A DNA stretch of 40,014 nt from positions 1 through 40,014 of the forward strand of contig JAADGU010000012.1 in the NCBI GenBank assembly GCA_013152195.1. Direction: 5' to 3'. This document shows positions 27,386-34,835 of the stretch, one piece after another. How positions within the stretch are numbered: the first letter of the stretch is position 1; the number at the start of each line of letters is the position of its first letter. The position numbers and the translations under genes are program-made. The stretch is from Nitrospirota bacterium. Lineage in GTDB: Bacteria > Nitrospirota > Thermodesulfovibrionia > Thermodesulfovibrionales > JdFR-85. The notes under the pieces are model-generated. The model searched no databases, was not told where the DNA came from, and saw nothing but the letters and a program-made list of their open reading frames with translations.

Positions 27386-30300
27386 TTGAGACCGATTTTG
27401 CCCCGTCTTCTTATTTTGTTAACTCTTCTTTTTTTACTCCCGGTAATTATTCCCTCACATGCCATGGCTGCAGAGAAATGTGAGGTGTTGGTAGCAAAGG
27501 TGGTTTCTGTTCAGGGCATAGCTGAAGTCAGGAGAGCAGGGGGGATAGAGTGGAAACCCATTAGATTGAACAACACGTTTTGTCCCGGGGATATGATCCG
27601 TCTTAAGGAAGACAGCCGGGCATCCATTGTTCTGAGCAATGAAACCATTATCCGGCTTGACCAGAATACGACTATAACGTTCAGTGGGATTGAGAAGAAA
27701 GAGACCTCCCTGCTTGACCTTATAAAAGGGGCCGTTCATTTCCTGAGCCGTGTTCCCAGAACTCTCAAGGTTATCACCCCTTATGTGAATGCTTCAGTAG
27801 AGGGTACGGAATTCCTGGTTAGAGTAGACAAGGGTAAAACCTTCCTGTCGGTCTTTGAAGGGAAGGTCCTGGCCTCAAACAGTTCAGGAAGTCTGGTGTT
27901 GACAGGTGGCCAGTCGGCCGTTGCAGAAGAGGGGAGGGCTCCGGTACTGAAAGTTGCTGTTAATCCCAGGGATGCAGTACAATGGGCGCTCTATTACCCT
28001 CCTATTGTGGAGTATCCCGAGAAAATAACTGAAGACGAAAGGAATCCGTTGTACCTGACTTACCGGGCTTCGTTGATGCTTTCTGTAGGCCGTGTTGAAG
28101 AGGCACGCAGATATATCGAGCGGGCATTGTCTCTGGAGCCTGAAAACAGTCAGGCCATTGCACTTCAGTCTGTTATTTCTGTTGTGCAGAATGACAAGGA
28201 ACGTGCCCTTGTCCTTGCACAGAAGGCTGTTAATGCCGATCCCTCATCAGCTGCAGCACTTATCGCCCTTTCTTATGCACAGCAGGCAAACTTCGATCTT
28301 AAGGGGGCTCTGAAAAGCCTCCGGAAGGCAGTGGAGACTGAACCTGAAAACAGTCTTGCCTGGGCACGTCTGTCAGAGATGTGGCTGTCTTTCGGATATC
28401 TTGACAAGTCTCTTGAGGCAGCACATAAAGCCGTTGAGTTGAACCCAAACCTGTCACGTACGCAAACAGTCCTTGGCTTCGCATACCTTGCACAGGTTAT
28501 GATTCAGGAGGCCAGGGATGTTTTTGAAAAGGCTATTGAACTGGACCAGGCTGATCCGCTTGCGCGTCTTGGTCTGGGACTGGCAAAAATCCGTCAGGGG
28601 TATCTGAAGGAAGGACGCAGGGAAATTGAGATTGCCGTAAGCCTGGATCCAAACCAGTCTATTATCAGGAGCTATCTCGGGAAGGCATACTATGAAGAAA
28701 AGCGGGAGAAGCTCTCAAAAGACCAGTACGGTGTAGCGAGGGAACTCGACCCCCTTGATCCCACCCCTTTCTTCTACGATGCGATTCTGAAACAGAGCAT
28801 TAATCGTCCGGTAGAGGCACTACATGATATGCAGGAAGCAATAGAGCTGAATGATAACCGGGCTGTATACCGTTCCAGGCTTCTGCTTGATGATGACCTT
28901 GCAGCACGCAGTGCAAGTATTGCCCGCATTTACAGTGACCTCGGGTTTCAGCGGCTTGCCCTTGTGGAGGGATGGAAATCGGTTAATACGGATCCAAAGA
29001 ACTACTCAGCACACAGGTTGCTGGCCGATACATATGCCTCACAGCCACGCCACGAGATAGCACGGGTCAGCGAACTCCTCCAGTCTCAACTGCTTCAACC
29101 TCTCAACATAACCCCGGTTCAACCACGGCTTGCTGAGAGCAATCTGTTTGTTTTTGATCGGGCCGGTCCGGGAGACCTGTCATTTAATGAATTTAATCCC
29201 CTTTTCAACCGGAACCGGTTAGCATTGCAGTTAAGTGGAGTTTACGGTGGAAATGCTACCTTCGGTGATGAAATTGTTGCATCAGGTGTATATGACAGGT
29301 TTTCCTTAAGCACGGGACAGTTCCATTACGAGACAGATGGATTCAGGAGAAATAATGATCTTCGGGAGGATATCTATAATATATTTGCCCAGTACAATAT
29401 CTCCTACAAGACAAGCATCCAGGCTGAATTCCGCTACAAGAAAAAGGAAAACGGGGACCTGTCACTCAACTTTGATCCTGATGCATTTTTTTCTTCCGGA
29501 AGAGAGGAGGAGGAGGGCACGTCAATACGTTTGGGTTTTCATCACAGTTTTACGCCAAACTCGGAAATAATAGCATCTGCTATCCATAAAAGTGCTGAAT
29601 ATGATTACTTTGTTTCCACTTCTGATCCTGTTGCCGGAGCACCAACGACAACGGAAGTCACACTTAACGCTAAAGATAGGGGCTACCTTTGGGAAATCCA
29701 GCACCTTTATAATGCAGAGCTGACACACATTATTAGTGGTTTAGGTTTCTTCAGCTCTGATGCTGAGAATAAAACAACGACTACTATCAAGATGCCCCCA
29801 CTTCCGGCGATCTCGCCTCCTGCAACATTTGAGCAGACCGATGTGCGCCACAGCAACCTTTATGTCTATTCACATATCAACTACCCCGATGCTGTAGTGT
29901 GGACCATCGGAGGAAGCGCTGATTTTTTTGATAACGAAACGATTGATAGAACCCAGTTTAATCCAAAGATTGGTATGACCTGGACCCTTCCGACCAACAC
30001 GACCCTCCGGGGTGCTGTCTTCAGGACATTAAAGAGACAGCTCATTTCGAACCAGACGATTGAGCCAACCCAGGTGGCAGGGTTCAATCAGTTTTTTGAT
30101 GACGCCAATGGAACGGATGCCTGGAGATATGGTGTTGCGATAGATCAGAAGTTCACCCGGAATATTTTTAGTGGCGCAGAGTTCTCCAGGCGTAAAATGG
30201 ATGTACCGTTTAAGATGCTGACAATCCTGCCACCTCCCTCCGAACCTGTTACTGAAAATAAAGTGGCGGATTGGGAAGAAGACATAGTTCGCGTTTATCT

Positions 30301-30715
30301 GTATCTGACACCTGCAAACTGGTTGGCAATCAGTGGCGAATACCAATATGAAGACTTCAAAAGAGACCTGGAATATTTCGGTCCTGAAGATATAGAACGT
30401 TTAAAAACCCGGAGATTGCCCTTGAGTCTCTCTTTTTTCGGTTCCAATGGCCTGACAACCGTAATTACAACAACTTACGTGGATCAGAAAGGGAAGTTTG
30501 TTAATCCCGTTAGCCTGGTATTATTTGAAGACAGTGACCGGTTCTGGGTTGTTGATGCGTCCATCAGATATCGATTACCTAAACGCTATGGTATAGTTTC
30601 AGTCGAAGCACGAAACCTGTTCAATGAAACATTCAAGTTCCAGGATACCGATTCTACAAATCCATCCATTTATCCGGAGCGATTAATACTGGCTAAAGTT
30701 ACATTGGCATTTTGA
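27386..30715 (+). CDS. secreted FecR-domain / multi-TPR / C-terminal beta-barrel-like fusion protein
   Basis: TTG 27386 lies 8 nt after AAGGAGG and gives the signal peptide (M)RPILPRLLILLTLLFLLPVIIPSHAMA/AEK. The track ATG 27359 has no SD. FecR blocks: GDMIRLKEDSRASIVLSNETIIRLDQNTTITF and VITPYVNASVEGTEFLV. About 8-10 TPRs follow. The last ~500 aa are rich in alternating beta patterns and end RLILAKVTLAF with a terminal aromatic residue. Confidence 0.8.
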   Translation: MRPILPRLLILLTLLFLLPVIIPSHAMAAEKCEVLVAKVVSVQGIAEVRRAGGIEWKPIRLNNTFCPGDMIRLKEDSRASIVLSNETIIRLDQNTTITFSGIEKKETSLLDLIKGAVHFLSRVPRTLKVITPYVNASVEGTEFLVRVDKGKTFLSVFEGKVLASNSSGSLVLTGGQSAVAEEGRAPVLKVAVNPRDAVQWALYYPPIVEYPEKITEDERNPLYLTYRASLMLSVGRVEEARRYIERALSLEPENSQAIALQSVISVVQNDKERALVLAQKAVNADPSSAAALIALSYAQQANFDLKGALKSLRKAVETEPENSLAWARLSEMWLSFGYLDKSLEAAHKAVELNPNLSRTQTVLGFAYLAQVMIQEARDVFEKAIELDQADPLARLGLGLAKIRQGYLKEGRREIEIAVSLDPNQSIIRSYLGKAYYEEKREKLSKDQYGVARELDPLDPTPFFYDAILKQSINRPVEALHDMQEAIELNDNRAVYRSRLLLDDDLAARSASIARIYSDLGFQRLALVEGWKSVNTDPKNYSAHRLLADTYASQPRHEIARVSELLQSQLLQPLNITPVQPRLAESNLFVFDRAGPGDLSFNEFNPLFNRNRLALQLSGVYGGNATFGDEIVASGVYDRFSLSTGQFHYETDGFRRNNDLREDIYNIFAQYNISYKTSIQAEFRYKKKENGDLSLNFDPDAFFSSGREEEEGTSIRLGFHHSFTPNSEIIASAIHKSAEYDYFVSTSDPVAGAPTTTEVTLNAKDRGYLWEIQHLYNAELTHIISGLGFFSSDAENKTTTTIKMPPLPAISPPATFEQTDVRHSNLYVYSHINYPDAVVWTIGGSADFFDNETIDRTQFNPKIGMTWTLPTNTTLRGAVFRTLKRQLISNQTIEPTQVAGFNQFFDDANGTDAWRYGVAIDQKFTRNIFSGAEFSRRKMDVPFKMLTILPPPSEPVTENKVADWEEDIVRVYLYLTPANWLAISGEYQYEDFKRDLEYFGPEDIERLKTRRLPLSLSFFGSNGLTTVITTTYVDQKGKFVNPVSLVLFEDSDRFWVVDASIRYRLPKRYGIVSVEARNLFNETFKFQDTDSTNPSIYPERLILAKVTLAF

Positions 30716-30797
30716 TCCAATTTTGATAAGCCGTGGAGTTTTTCAGTTGCAGGGTTCTTGAGAACCTGAATATTATTTCCATCAGAGGAGGTGTGTA

Positions 30798-31013
30798 ATG
30801 CCGAAGGTAGTCATGAGATTAGCAGTAATGGATAACGGAACGATTAAAGTAGAAAAAGGTGACATGGGAGTACCGGAGAAATTGACCAAACCTGCATTCA
30901 GGAAGAGCCTTCACGGAAAAAAGATGAAGAATGCTGAAAGCATCATGGTTCTTCAGAGCAATCCTTGCACCTGGGTGAATGCCCTTGGTACATGGTATTA
31001 CATCTGCTGGTAG
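30798..31013 (+). CDS. 71-aa hypothetical protein with a basic N-terminal part and a Cys/Trp-rich C-terminal tail
   Basis: GAGGAGG (30785-30791) lies 6 nt before the ATG, and an intrinsic terminator lies 57 nt after the stop. The sequence ends ...SNPCTWVNALGTWYYICW. I recognise no family. Confidence 0.6.
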   Translation: MPKVVMRLAVMDNGTIKVEKGDMGVPEKLTKPAFRKSLHGKKMKNAESIMVLQSNPCTWVNALGTWYYICW

Positions 31014-31070
31014 CAATAAGTCAGATATCGATTATCCTTTTTTATAGTAATACTTGTCCAGTAAGTGGAG

Positions 31071-31097
31071 AAACCGGCCGAAAGGCCGGTTTTTTTT
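31071..31097 (+). terminator. rho-independent terminator
   Basis: AAACCGGCC-GAAA-GGCCGGTTT followed by a T-run: 9-bp GC-rich stem, GNRA-type loop, 8 T. Confidence 0.85.
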
Positions 31098-31226
31098 GAC
31101 ACATGACGCCATCGGTTCCAGTTATCTGAGTACCTTCCCTCAATTATCCTTCTTTAAGTTAATGAATGCTTCTGCCAATGTGAATTTTACCTTTACTCCT
31201 CCTGAAGATAATGTTAAATTTATTTC

Positions 31227-31559
31227 ATGAAGGAAGACATAAAAGAAAATTGCTGGGAGTTCATGAGATGCGGGAGAGAACCCGGGGGAGTGCATGCAGA
31301 AGAACTTGGGGTCTGTCCGGTTACCACAGAAGTCTCTGCAGATGGTTTAAATGGTGGTGTCAATGGGGGAAGGGTCTGTTGGGTTATTGAAGACAATTGT
31401 TGTCGCGATGCACTTGAAAAGATTGGCAGGAGTAAGAAATCTTCCTGTATGAGATGTGAATTTCATATTCGTGTTAAATCTGAAGAAAGTATTCTGGATC
31501 TGTGTAACACAATCGGAAAGTATCTGACTGAAATTCATCCTGTTGAAGCCCTTTATTAG
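31227..31559 (+). CDS. stand-alone Cys-rich 'two-CW'-type domain protein
   Basis: 110 aa: NCWEFMRCGREPGG...LGVCPV...NGGVNGGRVCWVIEDNCC...SSCMRCEF. This matches my recollection of the two-CW domain, which is usually N-terminal in larger signalling proteins. No clear SD. Confidence 0.6.
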   Translation: MKEDIKENCWEFMRCGREPGGVHAEELGVCPVTTEVSADGLNGGVNGGRVCWVIEDNCCRDALEKIGRSKKSSCMRCEFHIRVKSEESILDLCNTIGKYLTEIHPVEALY

Positions 31560-31699
31560 ATCAAGAAGCGGATGAGTTTCTGTTCGTTCTGACTGCATTT
31601 CATGAATCTGCCTGAATTTGGAAGTCCTGTATCCAGCTTTTAACTATTCCATGTTACAGAAAGCTGCTGGTCCCCGGAGGGTGAAAAGTATCCCTATTC

Positions 31700-31708
31700 T
31701 GGTATAAT
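31700..31708 (+). promoter_or_regulatory. extended -10 promoter element upstream of the aminotransferase gene
   Basis: TGgTATAAT, about 75 nt upstream of ATG 31782. No good -35. Confidence 0.35.
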
Positions 31709-31781
31709 AATCTTTTTTTGGATACATATTCCGGGATTGCGGGTTAAACCCGTGATGCGCAATTCAAATTAAGGAGGTACG

Positions 31782-32951
31782 ATGTCTATCAGAGTTGAAC
31801 TTGCTAACAGGATAAAGAATCTTCCGCCATATCTCTTTGCGCGGATCGACAGCATGAAGACAGAGGCAAAGAACAGGGGGGTGGACCTTATAGATATGAG
31901 TATTGGTGACCCTGATATGCCGACGCCGCAACATATTGTGGAGGCTATGAAGGTTGCCGTTGAAAAGCCGGAGCATCACAAGTACCCGTCTTATGACGGG
32001 ATGCCATCCTATAGAGAGGCTGTGTCGAGGTGGTATAGCCGGAGGTTCAACATTACCCTTGATCCTGCGCAGGAAGTCCTTTCCCTTATTGGTTCAAAGG
32101 AAGGTATAGGTCATATACCGCTTGCCTTTGTAAATCCAGGGGATGTTGTGCTCTGTCCCTCTCCCGGGTATCCTGTTTACTCGATAGCAACACTTTTTGC
32201 AGGTGGAGAGCCTTACTTTATGCCCCTGGTAGAGGAAAACGGATTTCTTCCAGACTTTTCGTCCATACCGGAAGAGGTTTTTAAGAGGACAAAGATTATG
32301 TTCCTTAACTACCCCAACAACCCTACCAGTGCCACTGCAGACAAGGACTTCTTCAGTGAGGCCATTGCTCTGGCATATAAATACAACATTATCATCTGTC
32401 ACGATGCCGCTTACTCCGAGATTTACTATGACAACAGGATGCCCGTAAGCTTTATGGAGGTCGAGGGTGCAAAAGAAGTGGGGATAGAGTTCCACTCCCT
32501 CTCCAAGACCTATAATATGACAGGATGGAGAATAGGGTTTGCCGTGGGCAACAGTGGAGTAATTGCAGGGCTTGGCAAGATAAAGACCAATCTGGACTCC
32601 GGTGTCTTTCAGGCAATACAGGAGGCATCCATAGTTGCCCTTGATACGGATGATAATCTGCTGTCATCAATAAGGGCAACTTATCAGGCAAGGAGGGATG
32701 TGCTTTTTGGGGGCCTCACGGAGATGGGGTTGAATGTAATCAGGCCTGATGCCACCTTCTACCTCTGGGCCAGGGTGCCTCAGGGGTTTACATCAGAGGA
32801 GTTTGTTGTGCATCTCCTTGACAGGACAGGGGTTCTCGGCACTCCTGGTAATGGCTTTGGTGATCCAGGGGCGGGATATATCAGGTTTGCCCTTACCGTG
32901 TCTGTAGAAAGGATTGGAGAAGCGGTTGAACGGATAAAAAAGGTGATATGA
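31782..32951 (+). CDS. dapL: class I PLP aminotransferase, LL-diaminopimelate aminotransferase-like
   Basis: N-terminus RIKNLPPYLFARIDSMK...DLIDMSIGDPDMPTP, NYPNNPT, and PLP-Lys in SLSKTYNMTGWRIG. AAGGAGG SD. The substrate assignment rests on family resemblance only. Confidence 0.7.
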   Translation: MSIRVELANRIKNLPPYLFARIDSMKTEAKNRGVDLIDMSIGDPDMPTPQHIVEAMKVAVEKPEHHKYPSYDGMPSYREAVSRWYSRRFNITLDPAQEVLSLIGSKEGIGHIPLAFVNPGDVVLCPSPGYPVYSIATLFAGGEPYFMPLVEENGFLPDFSSIPEEVFKRTKIMFLNYPNNPTSATADKDFFSEAIALAYKYNIIICHDAAYSEIYYDNRMPVSFMEVEGAKEVGIEFHSLSKTYNMTGWRIGFAVGNSGVIAGLGKIKTNLDSGVFQAIQEASIVALDTDDNLLSSIRATYQARRDVLFGGLTEMGLNVIRPDATFYLWARVPQGFTSEEFVVHLLDRTGVLGTPGNGFGDPGAGYIRFALTVSVERIGEAVERIKKVI

Positions 32952-33058
32952 CCTGAGTTGTTAGCCACCCCAAAATAGTAATGAGAGATGGCAAGGGACA
33001 GGTTTTCTCTCAGCCTTTCTGATTCATGACTTGATAAATCGCTCAATTTAGGTATGAT

Positions 33059-33511
33059 ATGACCACCATTTACATAGGCATCGGATCAAACCTCGGGGAC
33101 CGTGAAGGAAATTGTCTTAAGGCCCTGGAAGAACTGGAAAAGAGTGGGATAAAGGTTACGAAAAGGTCTTTCCTGTACGAGACAGAGCCCTGGGGAGTAA
33201 AAGATCAGCCAGGATTCATAAATATGGCTGTAGAGGCAGATACGGACCTGACACCTGGAGAAGTTTTAAGGGTATTTAAGGCGATAGAGAAGAAGCTTGG
33301 CAGGAGAGAAGCCCCAAGGTGGGGGCCAAGGATAGTTGACCTTGATATCCTGCTCTATGATGACCTGGTTGTAAATGAAACCAACCTCAGAATCCCCCAT
33401 CCACATATGCACGAGAGGGATTTTGTCCTAAAACCCCTTTCAGAAATAGCCCCCGAGGTAATACATCCTTTATTGAAGAAGACGGTCAGGGAGATGTTGT
33501 CAGAGGTTTAG
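33059..33511 (+). CDS. folK: 2-amino-4-hydroxy-6-hydroxymethyldihydropteridine diphosphokinase (HPPK)
   Basis: IYIGIGSNLGDR, YETEPWG, RWGPRIVDLDILLY and IPHPHMHERDFVL. Confidence 0.92.
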   Translation: MTTIYIGIGSNLGDREGNCLKALEELEKSGIKVTKRSFLYETEPWGVKDQPGFINMAVEADTDLTPGEVLRVFKAIEKKLGRREAPRWGPRIVDLDILLYDDLVVNETNLRIPHPHMHERDFVLKPLSEIAPEVIHPLLKKTVREMLSEV

Positions 33512-33547
33512 GCAGTCAAGGGACTTGGTGGCAGGTGCTGGCTGTAA

Positions 33548-33694
33548 GGCATGACATGGCCGAATTTCAGAAAAATTTCCGGGGTCTGACGGTCGATTGC
33601 TTCCGCGTTGATAAAAACATTGCCCACAGTATCAGGTTATCATTCTGGCTTAAAGGACTATTCAAAGTTTTCTGAAGTTCGGTTATGTCATGCC
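33548..33694. repeat. 147-nt element bounded by a 27-bp imperfect inverted repeat
   Basis: GGCATGACATGGCCGAATTTCAGAAAA (33548-33574) matches the reverse complement of 33668-33694 at 24 of 27 positions. The right arm covers the hisH stop codon and last two codons. Confidence 0.7.
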
Positions 33695-34302
33695 CTCCTT
33701 ACGAATTCACCAAACCCCTTCAAGACACTGAGCCCGAGTTGCTGACTCTTTTCAGGGTGAAACTGGGTGGCAATGATATTGTCTTTCCAGATCATGGAGG
33801 TGAACTCTATCCCGTACATGGTGGTGCCTGCAATGACCTCGTCCTTGTCCGGGGCCACATAGTAGGAGTGAACAAAGTAGAAGTAGCTCTCATCCGCTAT
33901 TCCGTCAAATACAGGAGGGATTCTCCTTAATTTGACAGTATTCCACCCCATATGGGGTATCTTCAGACCCATCTGGGGGAACCTGACCACCTTGCCTTTA
34001 ATTACACCGAGTCCCCTGCAAAGGCCAAATTCCATGGATTCAGTAAAGAGTATCTGCAGACCAAGGCAGATGCCAAGATATGGCTTGCCTTTCTCTATTG
34101 ACCTGAGCACAGGGGCAAGCAGGTTCAGATTGTCAAGATTCCTCATACAGTCACGGAATGCCCCGACTCCGGGGAGCACTACTGCTGAAGCGTCTTCAAT
34201 ATCAAGGGGGCTGGATGTAACCGTTGCATCTATCCCGACTTTCAGAAAGGCCTTTTCAACACTGCGGAGATTTCCCATTCCATAATCAACTATTACAATC
34301 AA
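33688..34302 (-). CDS. hisH: imidazole glycerol phosphate synthase, glutamine amidotransferase subunit
   Basis: IVIVDYGMGNLRSV, catalytic Cys in GICLGLQ, HSY and FHPEKS. TTG start immediately after the upstream stop. Confidence 0.92.
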   Translation of the reverse strand: MIVIVDYGMGNLRSVEKAFLKVGIDATVTSSPLDIEDASAVVLPGVGAFRDCMRNLDNLNLLAPVLRSIEKGKPYLGICLGLQILFTESMEFGLCRGLGVIKGKVVRFPQMGLKIPHMGWNTVKLRRIPPVFDGIADESYFYFVHSYYVAPDKDEVIAGTTMYGIEFTSMIWKDNIIATQFHPEKSQQLGLSVLKGFGEFVRRA

Positions 34303-34626
34303 TTAGCCCTGTTCCTCCTCTTTATCCTCCTCAACGATGCCACCCCTGAGCCCGTCATGGGAGAAGACAGCAATGGTTTCTGTCATGCCGTTGTCAGGAA
34401 GGCACATGAAACGGTATGAAGCTATCTTTCCATAGTTTTCCTTCATGTGTTCCCAGCCCCTGACAAACAAGGAACATTCATCATTAAAGCATATCCAGAG
34501 GTAACTTACCCCCCATCCAAACCCCTCCCCAAGACTATACGGGGGTGGCACTGTTTTGGTCATCTTATGCTTGCAGTGCGGACAGGTCGGGGCCTCTTTT
34601 ATCTTGTATTCTTCAGTTGAAAACAT
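34303..34626 (-). CDS. hypothetical zinc-ribbon protein with an acidic tail
   Basis: 107 aa. CPHC ... CFNDEC (four Cys), a W/G-rich core (GEGFGWGVSYLW) and a C-terminal EEDKEEEQG. AGGAGG SD 6 nt upstream of the ATG. Confidence 0.6.
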   Translation of the reverse strand: MFSTEEYKIKEAPTCPHCKHKMTKTVPPPYSLGEGFGWGVSYLWICFNDECSLFVRGWEHMKENYGKIASYRFMCLPDNGMTETIAVFSHDGLRGGIVEEDKEEEQG

Positions 34627-34835
34627 AGAAACCTCCTAAAAATATTTTTTGTATTATGACATATTCTGACAGAACAATGCTTTTGGACATCTGAAGCCGA
34701 CAGGTCTTTTCCTTATTTTACACAGGGGACCGGATTGAAAGTTGCTTTTTCCCATATGAAATACAGATTTCTCTGTGCCTTTGTGCCTCTGTGGTTTATT
34801 CTGTTCTTCTTGTTTTCCGCAATCTCCCGAAGGGT

